Assembly: GCA_002372935.1 (NCBI GenBank)
Contig: DFJF01000007.1
Span: 86,019-150,018 of the forward strand
Direction of reading: 5' to 3'
Length of the DNA: 64,000 nt
Source: Clostridiales bacterium UBA3678
GTDB taxonomy: Bacteria; Bacillota; Clostridia; TANB77; CAG-508
The notes beneath the pieces are model-generated. The model was not told where the DNA came from. It ran no database searches and saw only the letters and a list, made by a program, of their open reading frames with translations. The position numbers were made by a program, and so were the translations under genes. Positions 28,165-39,129 of this stretch are shown one piece after another. The stretch's first letter is position 1, and every line of letters starts with the position of its first letter.

Positions 28165-29497
28165 ATGTCAAAACCAATAGTAGCAATAATAGGAAAACCA
28201 AATGTGGGAAAATCAACATTTTTCAATTATATAGTTGGAAAAAGAATCTCAATTGTAGAAGATACTCCAGGTGTTACAAGAGATAGAGTGTATGCAGAAA
28301 CAAACTGGAGAGGTAAAACATTTACAATGATTGATACAGGGCGGGATTGAGCCTGAATCTAATGATGTAATTTTATCTCAAATGAGAAGACAAGCAGAAA
28401 TTGCAATTGAAATAGCTGATGTTATAATATTTTTAACAGATGTAAAACAAGGTGTTACAGCAGCTGATGAGGATATTGCACTAATGCTTAAAAAATCAAA
28501 AAAGCCAATTATTTTGGTTTGTAATAAAGTAGACAATTTTCAAAAATATCAAAATGAAGTTTATGAATTTTATAATTTAGGTTTAGGAGATCCAATAGCA
28601 ATTTCAGCTACAAATGCACAAGGAATAGGTGATGCGTTAGATAGTATTTATGAGCATTTACCAGCTCAAGAAAGATTGGAAGATGAAGAAAGAATAAAAG
28701 TTGCAGTTATTGGCAAACCAAATGTAGGAAAATCTTCTCTTATAAATAAAATATTAGGAGAAGAAAGAAATATAGTTAGTGATATTGCTGGAACTACTAG
28801 AGATGCAGTTGATTCTGAGTATGAAAATGAAAAAGGAAAATATATTTTCATTGATACAGCAGGAATTAGAAGAAAAAGCAAAGTAAAAGAATCTATAGAA
28901 AAATTTAGTGTTATGAGGAGTCTACTTGCAATAGAAAGAGCTGATGTAGTTTTAATGATGATTGACAGTTTAGAAGGTGTAACAGACCAAGATGCAAAAA
29001 TTGCAGGAGAGGCACACGAAGCTGGTAAAGGAGTTATTATAGTTGTAAATAAATGGGATGAATATGAAAAAGAAACTGGAACTATGGAAAAGTATAGAAA
29101 AAATATATATAATAAACTTTCATATTTATCTTATGCACCAATAATTTTTATATCTGCAAAAACTGGACAGAGAATTGATAAGCTTTTTGATTTGATAAAT
29201 AATGTGGCAGAACAAAATTCAAAAAGAATTCCAACTTCTACACTAAATCAAGTAATAAATGAGGCGATAGCTCTAGTTCAACCACCATCAGATAAGGGAA
29301 AAAGACTTCGCATATATTATGGCACACAAGTTGCTACAAAACCTCCTACATTTATAATATTTGTAAATAAAAAAGATTTATTTCATTTTTCATATGAGAG
29401 ATATTTGGTAAATCAAATAAGAAAAGAATTTGGACTAGAAGGAACACCTATTAGGATAATTGCTAGAGAAAAATTAGACAAAGAAATTGAAATATAA
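28165..29497 (+). CDS. der: ribosome-associated GTPase Der (EngA), split by a +1 frameshift in a G-run at 28339-28341
   Basis: GTPase domain 1 (GKPNVGKST ... DTG) ends in frame A. The expected DTGGIEPE continues in the +1 frame (ORFs 28165-28350 and 28331-29497). GTPase domain 2 is [10 protein letters not shown]. Deleting one G restores a 443-aa Der. Confidence 0.85.
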
Positions 29498-29542
29498 TCA
29501 GAAGGGAGAAACATAGATATAAAACTATTTATGTAATAAACA

Positions 29543-30538
29543 ATGAAAGATATATTAGTATTAGGAATAGAATCTAGTTGTGATGAAACATCAGTTTCTG
29601 TAGTGAAAAATGGAAGAGAAATATTATCAAATGTAATTGACACACAAATACCTATACATGAAAAATATGGTGGAGTTGTGCCAGAAATAGCATCAAGAAA
29701 TCATATAGAGGCAATTACACGAGTTACTAAAAAAGCTTTAGAAGATGCAAATGTAGAGTTTAAAGATATAGATGTAATTGCGCCAACATATGGTCCAGGA
29801 TTGGTTGGTGCTTTACTTGTTGGATTATCTTATGGAAAGGCATTAAGTTATGCACTAAATAAGCCATTAGTAGGGGTAAATCATATTCAAGGTCACATTG
29901 CAGCTAATTATATAACACATAAAGATTTAAAACCACCATTCTTATGTGTTTTAATTTCAGGAGGAAATACTCAGATTATAAATGTACAAGATTATACATT
30001 TTTTGACTTATTGGGAAAAACAAGAGATGATGCAATTGGAGAAGCTTTTGATAAAATAGCAAGAGTTGTCGGACTTGGATATCCTGGTGGACCTAAAGTT
30101 GATAAATTGGCAAAAGAGGGTACAGCCAATATAAAACTTCCAAAAACTCATTTTGAAAATAGTTTAGATTTTAGTTTTAGTGGAATAAAAACAGCAGTAA
30201 TAAATACTAATCATAACAATCCAAATATTAAAAAAGCTGATTTATGTGCAAGTTTTGAAAAAGCGGTAACAGAAGTATTGATAGAAAATACAAAACAGGC
30301 AATAAAGGAAACAAATACTACACAAATTGCAATTGCTGGAGGAGTTTCTGCAAATAGTTATATAAGAAATGCATTTTTAAATTTAGAAAATGAATTTAAT
30401 AATTTAAAAGTTTATATGCCAGATTTAAAATTATGCACAGACAATGGTGCAATGATAGCATCTGCGGGATATTACAATTTTATAAATGGAAATATTAATA
30501 ATTTAGATTTAAATGCAGTACCTAATCTAAAAATCTAG
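29543..30538 (+). CDS. tsaD: tRNA N6-adenosine threonylcarbamoyltransferase
   Basis: Kae1/TsaD N-terminus [18 protein letters not shown]. 331 aa. Confidence 0.9.
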   Translation: MKDILVLGIESSCDETSVSVVKNGREILSNVIDTQIPIHEKYGGVVPEIASRNHIEAITRVTKKALEDANVEFKDIDVIAPTYGPGLVGALLVGLSYGKALSYALNKPLVGVNHIQGHIAANYITHKDLKPPFLCVLISGGNTQIINVQDYTFFDLLGKTRDDAIGEAFDKIARVVGLGYPGGPKVDKLAKEGTANIKLPKTHFENSLDFSFSGIKTAVINTNHNNPNIKKADLCASFEKAVTEVLIENTKQAIKETNTTQIAIAGGVSANSYIRNAFLNLENEFNNLKVYMPDLKLCTDNGAMIASAGYYNFINGNINNLDLNAVPNLKI

Positions 30539-30561
30539 AAAAAGATAAAAGAGGTGAGATA

Positions 30562-31284
30562 ATGTCAATATATGCAATAGGAGATTTGCATCTATCTTAT
30601 AAAGACCCTAAGCCAATGAATATATTTGGAGAAAATTGGGAGAAACATGAAGAAAAAATAAAGATGGATTGGCTTTCAAAAGTAAAAGAGAATGATACTG
30701 TTATTTTAATAGGAGATTTTTCTTGGGCTATGAAGTTACAAGATACTTTATTAGACTTTCAATTTATAAACCAATTGCCAGGAAAAAAGATTTTGCTAAA
30801 AGGAAATCATGATTACTGGTGGACAACTGTTACAAATATGAAAAAGTTTTTAGAAGAAAATGATATAGAAAATGTTGATTTTCTACATAACAATTCATTT
30901 AAGATAGAAAAGAAAATAATTTGTGGTACAAGAGGGTGGAACTTAAGTGAAAATGAAGAAGATAATAATCTTAAAATGATAAACAGAGAGGCTACAAGAC
31001 TTAAGCTTTCAATAGAAGATGGAATTCAAAAATATGGTAATGATTTAGAAAAAATTGCTTTTTTACATTATCCACCAATTATCCAATCAAATATTTCAAA
31101 AAACGAATCTACAGTTTTTATGCAAATTTTGAAGGAATACAATATAAAAAGATGTTATTATGGACATCTACATGGTAAATCAATAAAAAATGCTATTAAT
31201 GGGTTTTACAATGAAATAGAACTAAAATTAATTAGTAGTGATGGAGTGAATTTTAAGTTGGAAAAAATTACAGTAATGGAGTGA
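30562..31284 (+). CDS. metallophosphoesterase
   Basis: GDLHLS, GDF and GNHD calcineurin-like motifs. Confidence 0.7.
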   Translation: MSIYAIGDLHLSYKDPKPMNIFGENWEKHEEKIKMDWLSKVKENDTVILIGDFSWAMKLQDTLLDFQFINQLPGKKILLKGNHDYWWTTVTNMKKFLEENDIENVDFLHNNSFKIEKKIICGTRGWNLSENEEDNNLKMINREATRLKLSIEDGIQKYGNDLEKIAFLHYPPIIQSNISKNESTVFMQILKEYNIKRCYYGHLHGKSIKNAINGFYNEIELKLISSDGVNFKLEKITVME

Positions 31285-31326
31285 ATTTAAAATTAGGAAA
31301 AATTTACATTTGAAAGAGAGAGTAGA

Positions 31327-33375
31327 ATGATAGATTTAAATAAAGAAGTTCAATATGTAAAAAACGTTGGACCAAATAGAGTAAAACTTTTGAATAAACT
31401 AAATATTTTTACACTTAAAGATTTAATAACATATTTTCCAAGAAATCATGAAGACAGAAGTGTTGCAAAAAATATAGCTGATTGTGAGGATGGTGAAACT
31501 GTTTTAATCAAAGCAAAGGCTATGTCAAAAATTGCAGAAATAAGGACTAGAAGAGTTACAATATATAGATTGATAGTTAGTGATAATAGTTCTAGTTGTG
31601 TAATTACATGGTTTAACCAAAGATATTTAAAAGATAAATTTAAAATTGGAGAAACATATACTTTTTATGGAAAAATTACAACTAAGGGTGGAAGTTTTGA
31701 AATGTCTTCACCTGTATATGAAGAAAAAGGTATTGATAAAAATACAGGAAGAATAGTTCCTATTTATCCACTAACTGCAAGGCTTTCACAAAATATGTTA
31801 AGAAAAATAATAGAAGCGGGAATTGATGAAGTCTATGGAAATTTGGAAGAAGATATTCCAGATTATATTTTGAAAAAATATAATTTGGTAAATATTAATG
31901 ATGCATACAAAAACATACATTTTCCAAAAACTAATAATGATTTTATACAAGCAAAAAAAAGGCTAGTTTTTGAAGAATTACTTGCATTACAACTTGCACT
32001 TTTTAGGCTAAAAGAGGGTCAAGACGAAACGCAAGAAGGAATAAAATTTAACTCAAAAATTAACATGAATGATGTTATAAAAACATTACCATTTACTCTT
32101 ACAAATGCACAATTAAGAGTTTTGAAAGAAATAAATGAAGATATGGAAAAAAGTATTCCAATGAATAGGTTGTTACAGGGAGATGTTGGCTCTGGAAAAA
32201 CTGTTATAAGCATGATTTCTGCATATAAGGCAGTAAAAAGCGGATATCAAGTAGCAATTATGGCTCCAACAGCGATTCTTGCAGATCAGCATTTAAAAAA
32301 TTTTGAAAAAATTTTGGGTCAATTTGATATTAAATGTGAATTACTTGTATCAAGTGTTACAAAAAAGAACAAAGAAAAAATCATTGAAAGACTTGCAAAT
32401 GGAGAAATTGATATATTAATTGGAACACATGCTTTGTTGGAAGATAATGTTATATTTAAAAATTTAGGGCTAGTAGTTACAGATGAACAGCATAGGTTTG
32501 GAGTTAAACAACGTGCAAAAATAGTTGCGAAAGGAAATAACCCTGATGTTATTGTAATGTCTGCTACACCAATTCCTAGAACATTAGCTCTTATATTATA
32601 TGGTGATTTAGATATTTCAATAATTGATGAATTACCTCCAAATAGAAAGAAAATTGAAACTTATGCAGTTAATAAAGATTTTGAAGATAGAATAAATGTT
32701 TTTACAAAAAAACTTATAGATGAAGGAAGACAAGCATATATTGTTTGCCCATTAGTAGAGGATTCTGATGATGATTTGTCACTAAAATCTGTTACAGCTT
32801 TGGCGGAAAAGTATAAGACAGAGGTATTTAGTGATTACAGAGTAGAATATTTACATGGAAAAATGAAGGCAAAAGAAAAAGATGATATAATGAAAAGATT
32901 TAAAAATGGAGAAATAGATATTTTAATTTCTACAACAGTAATTGAAGTTGGTGTAGATGTTCCAAATGCAAGTTTAATGATTATAGAAAATGCAGAAAGA
33001 TTTGGGCTTGCTCAGCTTCATCAGCTAAGAGGAAGAGTAGGTAGAGGAGAATATAAATCATATTGTATTTTAAAAAATGAAGGACATAATAAGGTTTCAA
33101 AAGAAAGAATGAAAGTTATGTGTCAAACAAATGATGGATTTATTATTTCAGAAAAAGATTTAGAACTTCGTGGGTCTGGTGATTTCTTTGGTACGGCTCA
33201 ACATGGTGTGCCAGAACTTAAAATTGCAAATTTATTCGAAGATATACCTACTTTGAAACTTGTTCAACAAATTGCTTCAAATATTATGAAGATAGATCCA
33301 CATTTAAGTCAAGAAAATAACTTAAGATTAAAAGATTTAATAAATGATAAGTTTACTAGCAGAATTGAGATATAA
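31327..33375 (+). CDS. recG: ATP-dependent DNA helicase RecG
   Basis: 682 aa. Wedge domain, Walker A GDVGSGKT, DEQH box, helicase C-terminal domain. Confidence 0.9.
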   Translation: MIDLNKEVQYVKNVGPNRVKLLNKLNIFTLKDLITYFPRNHEDRSVAKNIADCEDGETVLIKAKAMSKIAEIRTRRVTIYRLIVSDNSSSCVITWFNQRYLKDKFKIGETYTFYGKITTKGGSFEMSSPVYEEKGIDKNTGRIVPIYPLTARLSQNMLRKIIEAGIDEVYGNLEEDIPDYILKKYNLVNINDAYKNIHFPKTNNDFIQAKKRLVFEELLALQLALFRLKEGQDETQEGIKFNSKINMNDVIKTLPFTLTNAQLRVLKEINEDMEKSIPMNRLLQGDVGSGKTVISMISAYKAVKSGYQVAIMAPTAILADQHLKNFEKILGQFDIKCELLVSSVTKKNKEKIIERLANGEIDILIGTHALLEDNVIFKNLGLVVTDEQHRFGVKQRAKIVAKGNNPDVIVMSATPIPRTLALILYGDLDISIIDELPPNRKKIETYAVNKDFEDRINVFTKKLIDEGRQAYIVCPLVEDSDDDLSLKSVTALAEKYKTEVFSDYRVEYLHGKMKAKEKDDIMKRFKNGEIDILISTTVIEVGVDVPNASLMIIENAERFGLAQLHQLRGRVGRGEYKSYCILKNEGHNKVSKERMKVMCQTNDGFIISEKDLELRGSGDFFGTAQHGVPELKIANLFEDIPTLKLVQQIASNIMKIDPHLSQENNLRLKDLINDKFTSRIEI

Positions 33376-33398
33376 AAACAAAGGGAGTGTATATTTTA

Positions 33399-33592
33399 TG
33401 TTACAAATTATATTAAGAGTTATAGGATTGATTTTATTAATGTTAGGTGTAATTATGGTTTATGATGCTAGAATTTTAACAAATAGGTGGTTTGGGTTTG
33501 GAGATCAAAATGAAGCTTCTTCAGGATTTAAAATTTTGGGGTTTATTATTTGTATTGCTGGAGCATTTATAGTTTATTTTAATAAAATATAA
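33399..33592 (+). CDS. small two-TM membrane protein (hypothetical)
   Basis: MLQIILRVIGLILLMLGVIMVY... The ORF track begins at 33344, inside the recG 3' end. Confidence 0.35.
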
Positions 33593-33838
33593 TTTCTATA
33601 AATCTAAAGTAATAAATTAAATGAAAACATTATCTAGTAAAAATACCAAAAATTTCCAAAAAAAACTTCACAAATTGATTTTTATATGTTATAATAAATA
33701 CTGTTAAACAATCAATTATTTATTTTCTATAAAAAATCCACATAAAAAATAATAATTATTAAAAACAAAATATAGCAATGTATTAAATCCGAATTTAATA
33801 CATGTTATATTACAATTTGTATTAAAGGAGGAGCTTTT

Positions 33839-35227
33839 ATGTCAAATTTAGAAAGTATGACATTAATAGAATTAAAAAAATTAGCTAAAGAAAATAACAT
33901 AAGAAATATTTCAAGATTAAAAAAAGAAGAATTAATTGATATTTTAAAAGATGTACAAGAAGTTGAAAAAGAAGAACAAATTAATCAAGAAGAAGAAGAA
34001 AAGGCTCAAGAAGCTGAAAACAATAAATATGATGCAGCAGATGAAGAAGTAGGAGATTCATCAGATGTAGAAGAACCAGAAGTAACTTATCAGGTTAATA
34101 ACGAAGAAGATGAAATAATTGAAGGAATCTTAGAAGTTTTGCCAGATGGTTATGGATTTTTAAGAGGAGAGAACTTCTTGTCAACTCCAAAAGATGTATA
34201 TATTTCACCTGTTCAAATTAGAAGATTTAGACTTGAAACAGGAGATTTAGTAAAAGGAATTTCAAGATGCAAAGAAGGAGAAAAATTCCCATCATTAATA
34301 TTTGTTGGAGAAGTAAATGGTGAGCATCCAGAAAAAGCAATGAAAAGAAAAAGGTTTGATGAATTAACACCTATTTATCCAAATGAAAGATTAAAACTTG
34401 AAACTAAACCAACAAATTATGCAACAAGAATTATAGATTTAATTTCTCCAATTGGAAAAGGTCAAAGAGGTCAAATTGTTGCACCACCAAAAGTTGGTAA
34501 AACAACATTACTAAAAGAAATTGCAAACAGTATTTCAGAAAACAACCCAGAATGTGAACTTATGGTGCTTTTAATTGATGAGCGTCCAGAAGAAGTTACA
34601 GATATGCAGCGTTCAATTAAAGGACAAGTAATTTATTCTACATTTGATGAAATGCCAGAACATCATGTTAAAGTCGCAGAAATGGTTATTGAAAGAGCAA
34701 AAAGACTTGTAGAACATGGAAGAGATGTTGTTATCTTATTAGATAGTATTACAAGACTTACAAGGGCATATAATTTAACAGTTCCTTCATCAGGAAGAAC
34801 TTTATCAGGAGGTATTGACCCTGCATCATTACATAAACCAAAGAAATTTTTTGGTGCAGCTCGTAATATAGAATTTGGTGGAAGTCTAACAATTCTTGCA
34901 ACTTCATTGGTAGAAACAGGAAGTAGAATGGACGAAGTTATCTTCGAAGAATTTAAAGGTACTGGTAATATGGAAGTTCATCTTGACAGAAAGCTTTCAG
35001 AAAAGCGTATTTTCCCAGCTATAGATATTAACAAATCAGGAACAAGACGTGAAGACTTGCTTTTATCTAAAAAAGAGCTTGAAACTGTTTTTGCAATACG
35101 CAAAGCTATGAATAATCTTCCTGCCTCAGATGTCACAGAACATATAATTGACGAGATGGTTAAGACAAAAAATAATGCTGAATTTTTAGACAAAATGGAT
35201 ATGTTTTTAAGAAGATATAAAGATTAA
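33839..35227 (+). CDS. rho: transcription termination factor Rho
   Basis: Rho_N domain, acidic insertion, RNA-binding domain, Walker A GKTTLLK, RecA-like C-terminus. A long AT-rich leader is typical of rho. Confidence 0.9.
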   Translation: MSNLESMTLIELKKLAKENNIRNISRLKKEELIDILKDVQEVEKEEQINQEEEEKAQEAENNKYDAADEEVGDSSDVEEPEVTYQVNNEEDEIIEGILEVLPDGYGFLRGENFLSTPKDVYISPVQIRRFRLETGDLVKGISRCKEGEKFPSLIFVGEVNGEHPEKAMKRKRFDELTPIYPNERLKLETKPTNYATRIIDLISPIGKGQRGQIVAPPKVGKTTLLKEIANSISENNPECELMVLLIDERPEEVTDMQRSIKGQVIYSTFDEMPEHHVKVAEMVIERAKRLVEHGRDVVILLDSITRLTRAYNLTVPSSGRTLSGGIDPASLHKPKKFFGAARNIEFGGSLTILATSLVETGSRMDEVIFEEFKGTGNMEVHLDRKLSEKRIFPAIDINKSGTRREDLLLSKKELETVFAIRKAMNNLPASDVTEHIIDEMVKTKNNAEFLDKMDMFLRRYKD

Positions 35228-35257
35228 AGAAGTTGATATTTTTGAAAAGGAGGTCAA

Positions 35258-36027
35258 TTGTGGAAAATATAAAAATAGAAAATATATGGAAAAGAAATTT
35301 TGAAGATTCCAAAATGCTTGAAGTAGAAGAAAGAACAAGAAAATATACATGTTCAAATACTGAAGAGTGTATAAATAAATACAATAATTTAGAACAATCT
35401 AGAAATGGAAATTACATAAGTTCAGATTTAATGAAATTAGTATTTGATGAATATGCTAATAATATAGAATACAGAAAAAAATATAATTTGGCTGTAGCAA
35501 ATAGTGCAGCTTGTCTTGCAAATTTAGCTTATAGAACCAAAATTAAAGAAAGTGATGCTGATTATTGTATATTTGTTGCAGGACCTTATGGTTCTGGAAA
35601 GTCATTTTTAATACAATCATTATACGAAGAGAAAAAAGAAGAATTAAAAAATTGTATTATGTATGAGGGCTCAATAACTACAAAAACGATTGATGAAAAA
35701 ATTGATTTTGCAATTAAAAGTGGCAAAATTCCATGTATAATAGTTCTAAATCCTACACTTGAACTTTCTATGCAAAATATTAAAGATAGAGTTAAAAGGA
35801 TTGGAAGAGATGTAAGAAAAGAAGATTGTGTTTATGTTTATGCAAATATATATGGCGCTCTAAAAAGACTTACAGAAAAATATAGTAATTTATCATATAC
35901 AATATATAACAAAACATCAAATATACCAAGTAATTTAGAAACAAGCCATAATATTGAAGATTTAAATCATGGCTCTTATGAAGAAGTTGCTGAACAATAT
36001 GACACTATAATATCAAGTTTAAAATAA
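35258..36027 (+). CDS. P-loop NTPase/kinase-like protein (paralog A), family unassigned
   Basis: GTG start after an AAAGGAGG RBS. Walker A FVAGPYGSGKSF sits at about residue 107 of 256. 40-45% identical to the downstream paralog. Confidence 0.5.
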
Positions 36028-36043
36028 TTTTTGGAGGTATTTT

Positions 36044-36190
36044 ATGAGCGAAAATAAAAGTGAAAACGAAAATAAACAAAAAGAAGAGAAATATTTAGAT
36101 AACTTAGTTAAATTAGGAAAAATGATATCTATAGAAGCATCAAAAAATCCTAAATTAGAAGAGAAAATAAAAAAAATGTCAAGTTATTAA
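36044..36190 (+). CDS. 48-aa hydrophilic Lys/Glu-rich protein
   Basis: ttggaggtattttATG RBS. Translates MSENKSENENKQKEEKYLDNLVKLGKMISIEASKNPKLEEKIKKMSSY. Lies between the two paralogs. Confidence 0.35.
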   Translation: MSENKSENENKQKEEKYLDNLVKLGKMISIEASKNPKLEEKIKKMSSY

Positions 36191-36212
36191 TTTCAAAGGG
36201 GGCTAAATTTAA

Positions 36213-37029
36213 ATGGGGAATATTGATTTTAAAGTAATAAGAAGAAGAAATTTTGATGATCCAATTTTGGAAAAAGTCGAAAATGAAACCATTAATTTAA
36301 CATGTACACAAACAGATAAATTATTAGAAGAATACAAAAAATTTCCACAATCACATAATGGACATTATATTAATTCAGACCTTATGCAAATGTTATATCC
36401 AAATTACAGAGAAAGTAAAGAAAACAGAGCTAAATTTTATTTATCTGTTGGAAATAGTGCTGCTTGTTTGGCTAATGAATATTATAGAAGACAAATAAAG
36501 TCAAAAGATGTAGATAAGTGTATTTACATTTGCCGGACCATATGGTGCTGGTAAATCTTATTTTGCACAATCCTTGTTTGCTTTAAATGCTATTCCTGAT
36601 TCTGCTATTGTATATGAGGGATCAATTACAGCTCCGGAATTTGGAAAAAAGGTTAATTTGGCAGTACAAAATGGAGTTGAGCCTAGAATTATTATTCTAA
36701 ATCCAACATTAGATTTATCTTTAAAAAATATAAAAAGTAGAGAAATGGAAATAGGAAGAGGAGTAAAAAAAGAAGAAGTTGTAGCAAAATATGCAGATTT
36801 ATATGAAAATATGCATCTACTTTTTAAACAACTTAGGGATGAAAATCCAGAACTTCGAAAAAACAAATATCCAATTGAATTTCAAATCTATAATAAAGAA
36901 ACTAATATTCCAACAGATCTTTCTGTTAGCTATGATTTAGAAGATTTATATCATGGCACAAGAGAGGATATATCTAAAGAATATGATAAACTTATCAAAA
37001 ATTATACTATTAATGATGAAGAGAGATAG
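36213..37029 (+). pseudogene. P-loop NTPase/kinase-like protein (paralog B), broken by a +1 insertion in a T-run at 36529-36531
   Basis: Frame 1 ends ...DKCIYICRTIWCW*. The +1 frame continues FALNAIPDSAIVYEGS... Deleting one T restores ...CIYIAGPYGAGKSYFAQSLF... (Walker A), collinear with paralog A. Confidence 0.5.
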
Positions 37030-37065
37030 AAAACTAAATGATAAATTATAGAAGGAGAAGGACAT

Positions 37066-37707
37066 ATGTTATTACAATTTATTGGTAAAGACTCAGGTTT
37101 TGGAGAAAAAAATAATTCAGCATATATAGAAATTAACAAAAAATTAATATTAATAGATTGTGGTTTTTCTGTATTTAATGAAATAAAAAACAAATTTGAT
37201 TTTAACAAATATGATGAAATTAATGTGATAATAACACACTTGCATAATGATCACGCTGGCTCATTATCTCAATTAATTTTATATCTATATTTTGTGTTTA
37301 ACAAAAAAGTAAATGTATATAGTAAATGTGAGAAAATCAAAGAATACTTGAAGATTACAGGAACACCACTTGATTCATTCACACTATATTCAGATACAAA
37401 AAATATAAAATTTATAAAAACAGAACATGTTGAATATATTGATGCTTATGGTTTTACTTTAAACATTGCAAATAAAAAAATAGTTTATACAGGAGATACA
37501 AAAATTTTAAAACCATTTTTACCATATTTAAATGATGCAAGTGAGTTCTATGTTGATGTTTCAAAAAATGGTGGAGCACATTTAAAAATAGATGATGTTT
37601 TAGAAAATTTAACACAAATACAAAATGATGGAACTAAAATTATATTAATGCATATTGATGATAAAGAATATATAAATAAAGTTACAAATGAAAGATTTGT
37701 AATATAA
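37066..37707 (+). CDS. MBL-fold metallo-hydrolase
   Basis: HLHNDHAGS (HxHxDH) motif. 213 aa. Confidence 0.7.
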   Translation: MLLQFIGKDSGFGEKNNSAYIEINKKLILIDCGFSVFNEIKNKFDFNKYDEINVIITHLHNDHAGSLSQLILYLYFVFNKKVNVYSKCEKIKEYLKITGTPLDSFTLYSDTKNIKFIKTEHVEYIDAYGFTLNIANKKIVYTGDTKILKPFLPYLNDASEFYVDVSKNGGAHLKIDDVLENLTQIQNDGTKIILMHIDDKEYINKVTNERFVI

Positions 37708-37793
37708 TTGACATAATAGTTAAAATATGCTAAAATAAATGTAAACATATTATTATATATGGCATCTATTAATTACACAAGGAGGTTTTTTAC

Positions 37794-38426
37794 ATGAAGA
37801 AAAATTATAGAAGCCAGAAAAAGGCAAATATTGAAAGTTTTTTGATGGAAGAAGAGTATCAAGAAAGAAAAGAAGCACTTTTTCGGATTATTGGTGAATT
37901 TGAAAAAGCCAAACTAGGTTATAGTTTGGCTTGCTCTTTTAATCTTTTCTTAAGAGGGGTTTCAGACGATTTCCACGATTTCGATTTTATTATCGAAGAG
38001 AAAGATTCTGAAAGAGTTAAGGATGTTGTGGAAAAGCTTGGAGCAAAGCTTGTTGCAACAGGTGGAAACGGCTATTGCGAATCACTCGTCTATATGCATT
38101 TTCAATATGGACGTGTTGATTTTGATGTAATTGCTGGATTCCAGCTCTTAACTTTTGGAAGCCACTATATATATGAATATAATTCAGAACAGTTGGATTA
38201 TGTTGATGTAGATGGTGTTTCAATTCCATTGACATCTATGGAAGCATTGTTTATCCTTTATTATATGATGGAAGGATGGCAGCCTAGAAGAAAGTATAAA
38301 AGAAAATTAATTTATGAATATCTTGTAAGTCAAGATGTGAAATATCCTCAGATTCTTGAAGATACTCTTGGAGACCCATTACCACAAAATCTTAAGAAAT
38401 ACATTAAAATTTTATTGATGAAATAG
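37794..38426 (+). CDS. putative nucleotidyltransferase of the Lnu / ANT(2'') type (PF10706-like); weak assignment
   Basis: LGYSLACSFNLFLRGVSDDFHDFDFII resembles the G-x-(G/S)...D-x-D-x-D core of lincosamide/aminoglycoside nucleotidyltransferases. GC content is visibly higher than neighbouring genes. Confidence 0.4.
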   Translation: MKKNYRSQKKANIESFLMEEEYQERKEALFRIIGEFEKAKLGYSLACSFNLFLRGVSDDFHDFDFIIEEKDSERVKDVVEKLGAKLVATGGNGYCESLVYMHFQYGRVDFDVIAGFQLLTFGSHYIYEYNSEQLDYVDVDGVSIPLTSMEALFILYYMMEGWQPRRKYKRKLIYEYLVSQDVKYPQILEDTLGDPLPQNLKKYIKILLMK

Positions 38427-38439
38427 CTTCAATATTTGA

Positions 38440-38473
38440 ACACATAAAAGTATTACTTTTATGTGTTTTTTTA
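38440..38473. terminator. bidirectional terminator
   Basis: acacataaaagta-ttacttttatgtgt hairpin followed by a T7 run. Lies between convergent genes. Confidence 0.7.
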
Positions 38474-38543
38474 ATTTAATCGAAAAAATAAATATTCAAA
38501 AAAAATAAGGAGCATATTGCAAATAACAATATACTCTTAATAA

Positions 38544-38819
38544 TTATTTATTAACTCTGTCTTTTAATGCTTTTCCAGCCTTAAAAGCAGGAGCTGTAGT
38601 AGCAGGTATTTGGATATCTTCTCCAGTTTGAGGATTTCTTCCAGTTCTTGCAGCTCTTTCTCTTGTTTCAAAAGTACCGAATCCAACTAATTGAACTTTT
38701 CCTTTATTTGCTAATTCGTTTGAAACAGTATTAACAAAAGAATTTAATACAGCTTCGCATTCTTTTTTAGAAACTCCAGTTTCAGTAGCCATTGCACTAA
38801 CTAATTCAGCTTTATTCAT
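38544..38819 (-). CDS. hup: DNA-binding protein HU
   Basis: 91 aa, MNKAELVSAMA...GFGTFETRERAARTGRNPQTGE. Canonical HU. Confidence 0.9.
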   Translation of the reverse strand: MNKAELVSAMATETGVSKKECEAVLNSFVNTVSNELANKGKVQLVGFGTFETRERAARTGRNPQTGEDIQIPATTAPAFKAGKALKDRVNK

Positions 38820-39129
38820 TTTATTCCCTCCTTTTCTTTTTATGCTTAAAATTATTATCTTATGTTGTTTCTATTAATTTATCAGATAAAAGCAATTTAG
38901 TCAATAGATTTATTGAATTTAATTAAATAATTTGTGGAAAACTATCAGTTAAAAAAAGTAATAATAAATATTTAATATTAAATTAAGAAAGATTAAAAGA
39001 TATAAATAAATAGAGAAAACATTAGCTTGTTTTCTCTATTTAATTTTTTTTCATAAAAAATAAAAAAACATTGATTTTTACTGTAAGTTATAATAAAATA
39101 ATAAAAAAAGATAAGGATAAGAATGAATT

